A stretch of DNA of 64,000 nt. Origin: an uncultured Lentisphaerales bacterium (GTDB lineage: Bacteria; Verrucomicrobiota; Lentisphaeria; JABSQK01; UBA12247). The notes below the pieces were generated by a model. It saw only the letters and a list, made by a program, of their open reading frames with translations. It ran no database searches and was not told the DNA's origin. Made by a program: the position numbers and the translations under genes. Below, piece by piece: positions 19,913 to 29,719 of the stretch (its first letter is position 1; each line of letters begins with the position of its first letter). Location: the NCBI GenBank assembly GCA_943788985.1, contig CALSSJ010000010.1, forward strand, positions 128,001 to 192,000, written 5' to 3'.

Positions 19913-21274
19913 TCACAAGGTGATACCGTACTTCTCGATCTTGCGGATGATGGTCCGCCGGCTCAGGCCGAGCTGTTTGGCGGCGCGGGTTCGATTGCCG
20001 TCGTGGGCAATGAGCGCGCGCTCGATCAGCAGCCTTTCGTTCTCATCGTGCGTGAGTGGCGTGCCAGTGGCAACGGCGGCAGTCGCGCCGGGATTGTAGG
20101 ACACGCGGATCTGCTCGGGGACGTCGGCCAGCGAGATGAGCTCAGTTCGCGTCATCACGACCATGCGCTCGACGGCGTTGCGGAGTTCGCGCACGTTCCC
20201 GGGCCAGTGATAGGCCACCATGGCGTCGACTACATCCGGGGCGAAGCCATGAATCGGCTTCTGGTTCTCAGCCATGTACTGCTTCAGAAAGAAGTCCAAA
20301 AGCAAGGGAACGTCCTCACGGCGGTCACGAAGCGGGGGCATGTGCAGATTGATTACGTCGAGCCGAAAGTACAGATCCTCGCGAAACTTCCCTTCGTCCA
20401 CCAGCTGGCGCAGGTTGCGGTTTGTCGCGGCGATTAGGCGCACGTCCAACTGGACGGGGCTGGAGCCGCCGACACGCTCGAAGGAACGCGACTCCAAGAC
20501 GCGCAGCAGAGTCACCTGCACGGATTGCTCGATCTCGCCAATTTCATCGAGGAAGACGGTACCGCCGTCGGCTGCTTCGAGCCGTCCGGCGCGGCGCTCG
20601 TGTGCGTTGGTGAAGGCTCCTTTCTCGTGGCCGAACAGTTCGCTTTGGAGCAGTGAGGGCGCGAGGGCGGCGCAGTGAATCGCCGCGAAGGGCTTGTCGG
20701 CGCGATCGCTCAATTGGTGAATCGCGCGTGCAACCACTTCCTTACCGGTGCCGTTCTCTCCGGTCAACAGAATCGTGCTTCGCGCGGGGGCCACTTGCTC
20801 CACAGTGTCGAGCATCTTCTGCATGGCTGGCGAGCGCCCGATGATGTTCTCGAACGCGTACTGATTCGCCAGCTCCTGCTTGAGACGCCTGTTCTCGGTA
20901 CGCAGACTGCGCTGCTCGAGATTGCGGGACAGGACCAGCTCAAGATCATCCAGATTGATCGGCTTGGTGATGTAGTCCGCAGCTCCGGCCTTTACGGCGG
21001 CCACTGCGGTGTCGATCGAGCCATAGGCGGTCATGACGATGCAGGTGGGCGGATTGGCCATAGTGGCGACTCGTTGGACAAAGGAGATGCCGTCCAGCTC
21101 CGGCATTCGCATGTCGGTGAGCACAAGATCGAAGCTGTTCTCTAAGACCATGTCCAGGGCGCGCGCGCCATTGTCCGCCAGAAACACTTCATACACTGGG
21201 CTCAGCGCTCGGCGGAGGCCTTCGCGCGTGTTGCGTTCATCGTCGGCGATCAGCAGGGATGGTTTCCGGGACAT
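19913..21274 (-). CDS. Sigma54-dependent response regulator (NtrC/AtoC family)
   Basis: Receiver domain (DD, DMRMP, KP), GENGTGKE, SELFGHEKGAFTNA, FLDEIGE, WPGNVREL and a Fis-type HTH. Confidence 0.95.
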   Translation of the reverse strand: MSRKPSLLIADDERNTREGLRRALSPVYEVFLADNGARALDMVLENSFDLVLTDMRMPELDGISFVQRVATMANPPTCIVMTAYGSIDTAVAAVKAGAADYITKPINLDDLELVLSRNLEQRSLRTENRRLKQELANQYAFENIIGRSPAMQKMLDTVEQVAPARSTILLTGENGTGKEVVARAIHQLSDRADKPFAAIHCAALAPSLLQSELFGHEKGAFTNAHERRAGRLEAADGGTVFLDEIGEIEQSVQVTLLRVLESRSFERVGGSSPVQLDVRLIAATNRNLRQLVDEGKFREDLYFRLDVINLHMPPLRDRREDVPLLLDFFLKQYMAENQKPIHGFAPDVVDAMVAYHWPGNVRELRNAVERMVVMTRTELISLADVPEQIRVSYNPGATAAVATGTPLTHDENERLLIERALIAHDGNRTRAAKQLGLSRRTIIRKIEKYGITL

Positions 21275-21355
21275 GGCACTCCTCTCCAAGTTTTGCGAAC
21301 TCCGCAAACACTACGCTAATACGAAACTGTGTCAAATAGGCACAGTGGTCGAGTT

Positions 21356-22738
21356 CTATTTCGGGAGCATGCTCTCCACTAGCTCGTCTGCCTGTTGAAT
21401 GCAACTCGGGATGCCAATGCCGCGATAGCAGCAGCCGGTGAGATGGAGGCCGGGCGTATCGGAGACGGATTCCTCAATACGATCGATCCGGTCGAGGTGG
21501 CCGACGTCATACTGCGGGTTGGCAGAGATCCAGCGTGAAATCGCGGTATGCTCGGGGTGGGTGCGCAGCTGGAGGCGGTCACGCAGCTCGAAGAGGGCGA
21601 GCGCGATCAACTCGTCATCGGTCTGGGCAACCAGATGCTCGTTGGCTGCGCCACCGATAAAGACGCGCAGGAGGATGTGGCTGTCGGGCGAACGGTTGGA
21701 GAACTTGCTGGAGGTCCAGGTGCAGGCAAGCAACTGGCAGCGTTCGGTGGCGGGGACGATAAAGCCGTAGCCATCTAGCTCGCGACCTACGTCCTCGCGT
21801 CGGAATGCGAGCGAGACGGTGGCGGTACTGACGAACCGGATCTTTCGCAGCAGGTCGGACAGGTAGGGCCAGTTCCTCTGCAAAATTACCGCGGAAACGT
21901 TGGCAGGGGTAGCCAGGACAACAGCACCCGTTTTGTGCACGGCGCCGCTGTGCTCAAGCACTTGGAATGTGCTATTCCGGCGGCTGATAGACCGTACGGA
22001 GGCGTTGTAGCGCACGTCATCGAGCCTTGGCTCTAGGGCTTCGATCAGGCTTTGCATGCCGCCTTTGAGACTTACGAACATGGGCTTAGACGGACCCTTG
22101 CTCGCACTGGCCAGACGGGCGAACCCGCGGATCAGGCTGCCGTTTTCTTCCATGGCTAGAAACTGCGGAAAGGTGGCCCGCATACTCATCAGCTCAGGGT
22201 CGGCGACGTAGATGCCAGCCATCATTGGCCCGGCAATGCGATCGAGTGCTTCCTGGCCAAAACGACGGCGCACAAACTCGCCCAAGCTCTCGTCGCTGCC
22301 CTCTGCCAATGGGGCGGCGAACAGGTCGCGCAGCATGGCCATCTTGCCGGGCCAGCTCAGCAAGCGATCGCGCAGCAGCGAGCGAAGGCCGGTGGGGACA
22401 GTTAGGCGGAAGCCGGGGGCCAGCGGGATCAGGCGATCGTTCTGGAGGACGTAGACTTTGCGAATATCCGGGTTGGCGGGGATGATTTCATCGCCGAGCC
22501 CGAGTTCTTTGATCAGGCCGACTCCGGCTGGATACTGGGAGATGATGGCGTCTGGCCCCCCTTCGCAGACGAACTCGTCGGAACGATGGGTGACGATCTT
22601 TCCGCCGGCACGCGGCGAGGCTTCAAGAACGCGGACGCGAAGGTCTGGCGCGCGTTGTTTCAGGAACCAGGCCGTAGAGAGTCCGCTGATCCCTGCTCCG
22701 ACAATGAGAACATCTGTGTCTATAGGTCGTTGCTGCAT
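21356..22738 (-). CDS. hemG: Protoporphyrinogen/coproporphyrinogen oxidase (HemY/HemG flavoprotein)
   Basis: GAGISGL dinucleotide fold, EGGPDA, GYGFIVP, WTSSKF, PQYDVGH and GIGIPSCI. Confidence 0.92.
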   Translation of the reverse strand: MQQRPIDTDVLIVGAGISGLSTAWFLKQRAPDLRVRVLEASPRAGGKIVTHRSDEFVCEGGPDAIISQYPAGVGLIKELGLGDEIIPANPDIRKVYVLQNDRLIPLAPGFRLTVPTGLRSLLRDRLLSWPGKMAMLRDLFAAPLAEGSDESLGEFVRRRFGQEALDRIAGPMMAGIYVADPELMSMRATFPQFLAMEENGSLIRGFARLASASKGPSKPMFVSLKGGMQSLIEALEPRLDDVRYNASVRSISRRNSTFQVLEHSGAVHKTGAVVLATPANVSAVILQRNWPYLSDLLRKIRFVSTATVSLAFRREDVGRELDGYGFIVPATERCQLLACTWTSSKFSNRSPDSHILLRVFIGGAANEHLVAQTDDELIALALFELRDRLQLRTHPEHTAISRWISANPQYDVGHLDRIDRIEESVSDTPGLHLTGCCYRGIGIPSCIQQADELVESMLPK

Positions 22739-22801
22739 GGCGCCGCTTGATCATGTGCCGTTCGTCGAATACGACACGGTACATCAAGTCGTATAAATTG
22801 A

Positions 22802-24025
22802 TCAGGGCAGGTCGAGGCCGTTATTGGGAACGCCGAGGATGTTGCAGGTGAAGTCGCCGCCGAATATCACCAACTCGTACAGAGTCTCGTCGAAATCGTG
22901 GTCTGCGAGGCAAACGGGTGGCTCGCGGCTCCCGGTTCGCGCCGCCGCAAAGATGAGGGCCCGGGCTCCGGGAGCAGGCCCAGCCATTTCATTTATCAGC
23001 TCCTGCATCCCCGTCACGTTGCGATTGATCTCGCGTCGCGTCGCAAGCAGATCGACCTCTTCAATGATCACCAGCGCGGGCTGGTGGTAGCTCGCTAGGC
23101 GAAAGACCTCGCGGATGGTCTCGGGCTCCATCGCTGTTGGCACGATTGCTGTGTGCCCGCTGCAGGCTCCACTGAGGTGCTTGCATAACAGGGTCTTTCC
23201 CGTCCTCGGAAGGCCATACAGAAGGACGCCGGTCTTGGCCACCAGTCCATGGGAGGCAAGTAGATCTTGATTGCGCGATTGTTCGACGACGCAGCGGTTC
23301 AAGACGGCCAACAACTCACCGGCGAGGGTCATCCTCGTGGGGCAAAACTCTGGCTTATCGCAGACTTGAATTGCCTGGTTGACGGCGTCACGTCCGGGGG
23401 ATACCTGCAGCAGCTTACCACGTAAAAAGGAACCCTTGCTGGCAGAGCGCATAATGGACCGAATGGCTTCGCTTGCGCCCTCTTGTGTTAATGACAAGAC
23501 CCGCAGGATGCCCCGGTCTACTGTGGCAACTGCCAATTCATAGAAGTCGTTTCTCCCACGGGCAATAAAACTAACCACACAGGGCCCGCCGTTGCGGACC
23601 AGCAAGTAGCTTGCATTGATGGGCAAGATCTCGAATGAGTCGGCACCAACTTCGATCGTTTCTCGTCTGATAGTTCCGACTTCGGCGGTGTCCCCCATCT
23701 GGCCGTCCATACACAGCACTTGACGCCCTCGGCGCATATCAATGCTCCTGGAGCTCGAGATGTCCATACGTAGGAAGCTGGCGTTCTTCCAGGTTATCCC
23801 GAGGTGTCGCGCAATGTGGTAGGCCACGCCATATCTCATGACCCAAGCTTTGACGGTCAGCCAAGACAGGAATGAGCCGATAACCACCCCGACGAGGACA
23901 GCTGTAAGCAAATGGCCTGCATGCTCATTCCAATTCGCCCAGAGAGAGCGTCCCGCGACTATCGCGAAGAGCAAAATCCAGAGGCCGCCGAGCAAGTTAG
24001 AACGAGTATCGTTTAAACGCTTCAT
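22802..24025 (-). CDS. Membrane-anchored AAA+ ATPase, degenerate (probable pseudogene)
   Basis: Two N-terminal TM helices, altered Walker A (GLPRTGKT) and Walker B (VIIEEVD). The sensor-1/arginine-finger region appears missing. Confidence 0.6.
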   Translation of the reverse strand: MKRLNDTRSNLLGGLWILLFAIVAGRSLWANWNEHAGHLLTAVLVGVVIGSFLSWLTVKAWVMRYGVAYHIARHLGITWKNASFLRMDISSSRSIDMRRGRQVLCMDGQMGDTAEVGTIRRETIEVGADSFEILPINASYLLVRNGGPCVVSFIARGRNDFYELAVATVDRGILRVLSLTQEGASEAIRSIMRSASKGSFLRGKLLQVSPGRDAVNQAIQVCDKPEFCPTRMTLAGELLAVLNRCVVEQSRNQDLLASHGLVAKTGVLLYGLPRTGKTLLCKHLSGACSGHTAIVPTAMEPETIREVFRLASYHQPALVIIEEVDLLATRREINRNVTGMQELINEMAGPAPGARALIFAAARTGSREPPVCLADHDFDETLYELVIFGGDFTCNILGVPNNGLDLP

Positions 24026-24283
24026 GGGTTCTTAGAGAGGAACTGGGGTCGAGGCGACGGAGCAAAATCAGTCGTGATGCTGTGCAGCAGCACTACCGGG
24101 CGCGCAAGGTAATGTTGCACAGTTAGCCGCCCTGACAGCACGAAAGCAAGCGGGCCGTCCCGGCCCCCGGCAGCGAACAAGCGAAAGGTCGGTTTACAGC
24201 GACCTTACGCGCGATAGGTTAGCAACTTGTGCGAGGCCCCTGCGCCCGATAATACCAGTATTGAACCAGTGTGTGACCTTCTT

Positions 24284-25942
24284 ATGGCATCCTCTCGTAT
24301 AAACCGACCTAAAACCAAGTTTATCTTTATCACTGGCGGCGTGATTTCGTCTCTGGGAAAAGGCATCACGACGGCTTCTCTGGCGCTTCTTCTGAGTCGC
24401 CGGGGCTATTCAGTGCGGATGCAAAAGCTCGATCCTTATTTGAACGTCGACCCAGGGACAATGTCTCCGTATCAGCACGGTGAAGTGTACGTCACGTCAG
24501 ATGGCGCGGAAACAGACCTGGACTTGGGCCACTACGAGCGGTTCAGCGGAATCCAGTGCGGCAAGTCGAGTAACTACACAACCGGTCGGATCTACAGCGC
24601 GGTGATCGAGCGCGAGCGCCGTGGTGATTACGACGGGAAGACCGTGCAGGTGATTCCGCATGTGACTGATGAGATCCGCGAAGCGATCTGGTCCATTGCC
24701 GCAGAAGAGCCAGACATCGCTATCATCGAGATTGGCGGGACTGTCGGTGACATTGAGTCGCTTCCCTTTATCGAGGCGATTCGCCAGATGCGGCAGGATT
24801 TGGGCCGAGGCAACTCGGTTTCCTTACACCTGACTCTGGTGCCGTATATTAAGGCGGCCGGAGAGCTGAAAACTAAGCCATCGCAGCAGTCGGTCGCCCA
24901 GTTGCGGGAGATTGGTCTGGTTCCAGACATGCTGGTCTGCCGTACGGAGCGACGGTTGGGCCGGGAGCATCGCGAGAAGCTGGCGCTGTTTTGCAATGTC
25001 GACCGCTCGCTAGTGTTTGAAGAGCGCGATGTCGCTCACACCATCTACGAGGTGCCGCTGGAGCTCGCCAAGCAAGATATGGACACCTACATCCTAGAGC
25101 ACTTGGCTCTGCATGTGCGCGCCGTCGATCTCAGCGACTGGGAAGAGATGTGCCAGCGTCATATCAGCCCGCCGAACGGTGTCGTCGAGATCGCAGTCGT
25201 CGGTAAATACGTGCAGCTTCGTGACGCGTACAAGAGCATTTTTGAAGCACTGGACCATGCCGGTATCGCCAACGGCGTACGCATTAAGACGCGCGCCGTG
25301 GACGCAGAGAAGCTCGAAGCAGAAGGCGGTGCGGCCCTCTTGGCTGGCGTGCATGGCGTTCTGGTCCCCGGCGGGTTTGGGGATCGTGGCATTGAGGGCA
25401 AGATTCAGGCCGTGCAGTTTGCCCGTGAGAAGCTCTACCCTTTTCTTGGGATCTGTCTCGGGATGCAATGCGCGGTCGTGGAGTTCAGCCGAAATGTCTG
25501 CGGATACGAAGGCGCGCACAGCAGCGAGTTTGCCCCCGACACTCCCCATCCCGTCATTCACTTGATGTCCGAGCAGGAAGGCGTGACCGAACTCGGAGGC
25601 ACCATGCGCCTGGGGGGCTGCGAGTGTAAGGTCGAGAAACGTTCCAAGGCGTATCAGGCCTACAAAGAGCAGACGATTTCGGAGCGCCACCGCCATCGCT
25701 ACGAGTTTAACAATGACTATCGGGAAAAGCTAAGCAAGAAGGGGTTGAAGTCCACGGGTGTAAACCCGGATAAGGACCTCGTCGAGATTGTTGAGTTACC
25801 AGCGCATCCATGGTTCGTGGCCGCACAATTTCATCCGGAGTTCCAGTCTACTCCGCTGCAGTCGCATCCGTTGTTTCGCGACTTCGTGAAGGCAGCCCGG
25901 GAGCGCCGCGACACCCCACCGGAGTTGTCGCTCGAGTCCTGA
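24284..25942 (+). CDS. pyrG: CTP synthase
   Basis: [46 protein letters not shown] and QFHPEF. Confidence 0.98.
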   Translation: MASSRINRPKTKFIFITGGVISSLGKGITTASLALLLSRRGYSVRMQKLDPYLNVDPGTMSPYQHGEVYVTSDGAETDLDLGHYERFSGIQCGKSSNYTTGRIYSAVIERERRGDYDGKTVQVIPHVTDEIREAIWSIAAEEPDIAIIEIGGTVGDIESLPFIEAIRQMRQDLGRGNSVSLHLTLVPYIKAAGELKTKPSQQSVAQLREIGLVPDMLVCRTERRLGREHREKLALFCNVDRSLVFEERDVAHTIYEVPLELAKQDMDTYILEHLALHVRAVDLSDWEEMCQRHISPPNGVVEIAVVGKYVQLRDAYKSIFEALDHAGIANGVRIKTRAVDAEKLEAEGGAALLAGVHGVLVPGGFGDRGIEGKIQAVQFAREKLYPFLGICLGMQCAVVEFSRNVCGYEGAHSSEFAPDTPHPVIHLMSEQEGVTELGGTMRLGGCECKVEKRSKAYQAYKEQTISERHRHRYEFNNDYREKLSKKGLKSTGVNPDKDLVEIVELPAHPWFVAAQFHPEFQSTPLQSHPLFRDFVKAARERRDTPPELSLES

Positions 25943-26431
25943 GCAGGTACTCCTGACGAAGCAGGCCGAGAAAGCTCAGGAAGACCTGGCTATTGCTGGA
26001 CTTATCTACGTCGTCGATAAGCAACACGATGTCGCGCCCAACCTCTCGAGCAAAGCGGGCGACAAAAGCCGCAAGGCTTTCTGAGTCGGTCACGTCTTGG
26101 CCGAGTGCCTGCACGGTCTCAGGCAGACCTGGTTGATTAAATCGATCGTCTGCACGATCTGGCTCACGACCCCAGCGGCCAAGCTCTCTTCGCTGTCAAA
26201 CATCAAATCGCCTACGCCTTCGATGGATAGTGGCAGCACCAGATACTCGTCGCCAAGGCGGCGCAGCAACTCGAACAGCATGGCAGTCTTGCCGTATTGC
26301 CGGGGCCGGTTGATGGCAAAATAGTGGCCTCGTTCGATCAGAGCCCGAATGCGCGCTAACTTTCCCGACATGCCTACCATAAAGTGGCGCTGTGGGTTGC
26401 AACTTCCCGTGACATTGAATACGCGGCGCAT
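25940..26431 (-). pseudogene. Truncated, frameshifted AAA-like ATPase
   Basis: FNVTGSC..HFMV and INRPRQYGKT, frameshift near 26110, then VLLIDDVDKSSNSQVFLSFLGLLR. The homology stops at the pyrG 3' end. Confidence 0.8.
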
Positions 26432-26636
26432 GATCGACCCCGGGTGAGATATATCGCCGCTACGACCCACCGCAGTCAGTGGATCATCCTCACACGAGCA
26501 AGCTTTATGGCGCGAAGGCTAGCTTGAATCACTCACGCACTATCTACTCCGAGGCGGGATTGCACATCAACTCGCCAATTTCATCGCGACGCCAAACTCA
26601 AGCTGTCTGGACACCTTTTCGTATGAATTATCCACA

Positions 26637-27272
26637 CTAGAACGGCGGTGGTGAGAAGAACTCGCAGCGTTCGCCATTTACAGGATGAGTGAAGGCCAGG
26701 GCGAAGGCGTGCAGCAGCATTTTCCCAGGGCCGGTGCCAGCGCCGTAGAGAGGATCGCCGACGATTGGCAGGCCGACTCCCAACTCATGGGCCATGTGCA
26801 CGCGCAGTTGATGCGTTCGACCTGTGACTGGATGCAGCAGGACGCGGGCACGGCCCTCCTCGACTTGGACGACTTCCCAGTGGGTAATGCCGAGCTTGCC
26901 CTGGACGGGGTCATGAATCTGGTGGGGGCGATTGTCCACATCCAAGCGAAAGCGCAGAACGACCGAGCCGGATTGCTCGCTGGGTACGCCGGTGAGGATG
27001 GCGACGTAGCGCTTGTCGGTTTCGCGGTTCTGAAACTGGATGGATAAGGCCCGCTTAGCCTCTTTCGTGCGGGCTACCAGCATGAGCCCTGAGGTATCCA
27101 TGTCGAGCCGATGCGCCTCGGGTTGGACCGGGCAATCCGCGAATTTATCTCGCACGCGCGCGGTCACGCAATCGGCGTTTTCCGGGCCGCGGCCGGGGAC
27201 TGCCAACAGGCCCGATGGCTTGCAGACCACGACAAAGGCATCGTCGATATGGAGGTACTCGAGATCAGTCAT
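26637..27272 (-). CDS. RluA-family pseudouridine synthase
   Basis: KPSGLLAVPG, HRLDMDTSG (catalytic Asp), GRTHQLRVH, GDPLY and LHA. Confidence 0.95.
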   Translation of the reverse strand: MTDLEYLHIDDAFVVVCKPSGLLAVPGRGPENADCVTARVRDKFADCPVQPEAHRLDMDTSGLMLVARTKEAKRALSIQFQNRETDKRYVAILTGVPSEQSGSVVLRFRLDVDNRPHQIHDPVQGKLGITHWEVVQVEEGRARVLLHPVTGRTHQLRVHMAHELGVGLPIVGDPLYGAGTGPGKMLLHAFALAFTHPVNGERCEFFSPPPF

Positions 27273-27999
27273 CGAGGCCACACAGAACAAAGCCCAGAAT
27301 GGGTCTGCAGCGTTCTTCGCAGCTCGGATAGAACTCGCCACTGCGCTTGTTGCCGCTGAGGCCACCCCAATAGAACTCGGCGAGATCGACCGGCGTAAGC
27401 CCGGCCTGCGCGGCGTGGCACAGGAGCTTGGGGGCGCAGCACTCGCCCACGCCTCCGGGCATCGCCCGCTCGTTCGGATAGACTTCGCGCACGCTCCGGC
27501 ATTGGCCTGAGAAGTTGTGAAGCAGATAGAGGTCCGGCAATACGGCAAAGAGCTCTTGGGAACGCCGTTTGCGCTGGGCAAATATCTCAGCTCGGCGATC
27601 AGCGTCCTCGACTTGCGCCAAGGCCGCTGTATCCTGTTTGATCAGCGCCTGTGCAGGAAGGACGAGGTCCTGGTAGTGATTCTCGGCTAGCAAGGAACCG
27701 ACCCACCCGGGAATATTGCGAACTCCGCCATAGAGCGAGGAAAAAGCGCGTAGGACCACGGTCTTGCCCTCGGCATCCCGACACTCGAGGACGCCGAACA
27801 TGTGGCCGCGCTCTAGTTGGAAGAGATAGTCGAACGCCAATTTTGGATTTGCGGAGGCCGCATCGGTGAGGAAGTCGAGCCGTTGCAGGGCTTCGAATTC
27901 TGCCATGAGCTGGAGCGCGTGGTAGCGCGCATTGGCGGCGCCCAGGGTGTGCGTGGTGCCGCAAGCTTGGCAGAGCCCGTAACAGCCGTGGTCGCTCAT
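27265..27999 (-). CDS. Stand-alone putative zinc-dependent cytidine deaminase-like protein (N-terminal region of long RluA/TrcP-type proteins)
   Basis: GHMFGVL, LRAFS, RKRRSQEL, GECCAPKLL, AEFYWG and FYPSCEERCRPIL. Extra N-terminal CxxCxxxH. Confidence 0.7.
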   Translation of the reverse strand: MSDHGCYGLCQACGTTHTLGAANARYHALQLMAEFEALQRLDFLTDAASANPKLAFDYLFQLERGHMFGVLECRDAEGKTVVLRAFSSLYGGVRNIPGWVGSLLAENHYQDLVLPAQALIKQDTAALAQVEDADRRAEIFAQRKRRSQELFAVLPDLYLLHNFSGQCRSVREVYPNERAMPGGVGECCAPKLLCHAAQAGLTPVDLAEFYWGGLSGNKRSGEFYPSCEERCRPILGFVLCGLDD

Positions 28000-28814
28000 T
28001 CTGCCGCGATACGCGCCATGGCCAGTTTCAGGTCCGCCCAGACGGTTCGCTTGAATTGCTCCATGAAAAGGAGATACGAGGGCGGATAGGTGGCCAGGCA
28101 GGGAATTCCATCGAGCTCGAGCCAAGTGCCGCGGGTGTCTTCGAGGCGCTTCTGGAATAGCACCTGTAGCGGGACGCTGCCGAAGAGCAGGATGACTTTG
28201 GGCCGGACCAACTCGAGCTCGCGCCGTAGGTAGTGCGTGCAGCAAGGGATGGTGTCCGGGATATCGACGTCGACAAAATCCGGCTGGCAGCGAATGGTGC
28301 TGGTAAAATAGAGGGAGCGGCGAGTGAGGTTCATGGCACCGAGCATTTTCTCTAGCAACTCGCCTGCGGCACCGACTTCGTCTTGTTGTGGCCTGGCCGA
28401 GACAATTGCGAGGTCGGCCCGGGCCGGCCCGCGGCCCAGCGAGCGCTGCTCAGCACGGGCGCAGCTAGGGCAGGAGGTATCCTGCTGGAAGAGCTCGCTA
28501 AGGGCGGCTATTTCGGGGACCTGCTCGAGAGTGGGCATGCTCGCAGGCCGCGCAGCGACGGGTCTGAGCTGTGGCAGCACTTCCGCGATTGGGCGTGGCT
28601 GCGAGGGCACGTGGGCGACTGGCTTTTTGGGGGGGGCATCCGGTACGGGTGCTGTGGTGGCTGGAGGGACAGGCCGCGGAGGCTGGGCGCTGGCGATGAG
28701 TGAGAGGGCCTGCAAGTTTTCCGGGCTCACCTCGACGTACTTGTGCCCAGTATCTCGCTCTTCCTCGAGAATCGCGAGCAGTTGGCCGACGAAAGTTGCG
28801 GAGTTCGCGGTCAC
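27996..28814 (-). CDS. Family-4 uracil-DNA glycosylase-like protein with degenerate catalytic motifs
   Basis: CPSC, GELLEKML, RCQP, RELELVRPKVILLFG and VWADL. Motif A reads SARPQ and motif B reads TYPPSYLL. Confidence 0.8.
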   Translation of the reverse strand: MTANSATFVGQLLAILEEERDTGHKYVEVSPENLQALSLIASAQPPRPVPPATTAPVPDAPPKKPVAHVPSQPRPIAEVLPQLRPVAARPASMPTLEQVPEIAALSELFQQDTSCPSCARAEQRSLGRGPARADLAIVSARPQQDEVGAAGELLEKMLGAMNLTRRSLYFTSTIRCQPDFVDVDIPDTIPCCTHYLRRELELVRPKVILLFGSVPLQVLFQKRLEDTRGTWLELDGIPCLATYPPSYLLFMEQFKRTVWADLKLAMARIAAE

Positions 28815-29719
28815 TCGCCGGTCTCCGGCTCGGCCGTGCTGCTGAAGTCATCGAACCACGCACAGCGCTGGTCGCGGGCCTGGCTGAGGATTTGCTCCAA
28901 TGCGTCCCAGTTCTCGTTCTCGAGGGCGGCTCGGGCCGTCTGGAGCTTGGCATCGAAGGCGTCTAGGGTTTCGAGCACGGATTGCTTGTTGTGGCGAAAG
29001 ATATCGAGCCACATCTGTGGCTGGGCCGCGGCGATTCGCGAGACATCGCGAAAGCCGCCAGCGCAGGCGAGGCGTTGGGCATCGACGTCGCCATCGTCCA
29101 GCACGGTAGAGACCAGTACGCTGGAAAGCAGGTGGGGGACGTGGCTGGCTCGAGAGACCGCGGCATCGTGGCGGTTCGCTGGCAGCTCGTAGACCTGAGC
29201 ACCCATCTGGTCCCAAAATATGCGGAGGAGTTCGACGGCTTCGGGCTCGTCATCTTCTGTGGGGGTGAGAAAGACGATGCGATCCTGATAGAGGTCGGCA
29301 TCGCTATGTTCGAGCCCGGACTTTTCGGACCCGGCCATCGGGTGCGAGCCGATGAAATAGACGCCCTGATTAAAGAGGAGGTCGCGAACTTCGCGGACGA
29401 CTGAGCCTTTTACGCTACCGACATCTGTGACCAGACTGCCAGCGCGAAAGGATTTTGCATGTTGCTTGATAAAGGCGACGGAGGCCGTCAGCGGTAGGCA
29501 GATGACGGTGAGGTCTACGACCGGCAGAATCTCGGCGGGATTGTCGCTGCCAGCTTCGAGGATGTCTGCGTCACAGGCCGCTTGGAGCACTTCGGTGCGA
29601 CGAGCTATGCCGAAGACGCTTCTAGCGCCGATCCGGGTGAGTCTTTTCGCAATTGAGCCGCCGAGCAGGCCGAGGCCGGCGACTGCCACCCGGCTCGTAT
29701 TCAGAATCGTCCGTTCCAC
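28811..29719 (-). CDS. tyrA: Prephenate/arogenate dehydrogenase
   Basis: GLGLLGGS, DVGSVK, HPMAGSE, HD..SHVPH and GFRDVSRIA. Confidence 0.95.
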   Translation of the reverse strand: MERTILNTSRVAVAGLGLLGGSIAKRLTRIGARSVFGIARRTEVLQAACDADILEAGSDNPAEILPVVDLTVICLPLTASVAFIKQHAKSFRAGSLVTDVGSVKGSVVREVRDLLFNQGVYFIGSHPMAGSEKSGLEHSDADLYQDRIVFLTPTEDDEPEAVELLRIFWDQMGAQVYELPANRHDAAVSRASHVPHLLSSVLVSTVLDDGDVDAQRLACAGGFRDVSRIAAAQPQMWLDIFRHNKQSVLETLDAFDAKLQTARAALENENWDALEQILSQARDQRCAWFDDFSSTAEPETGE

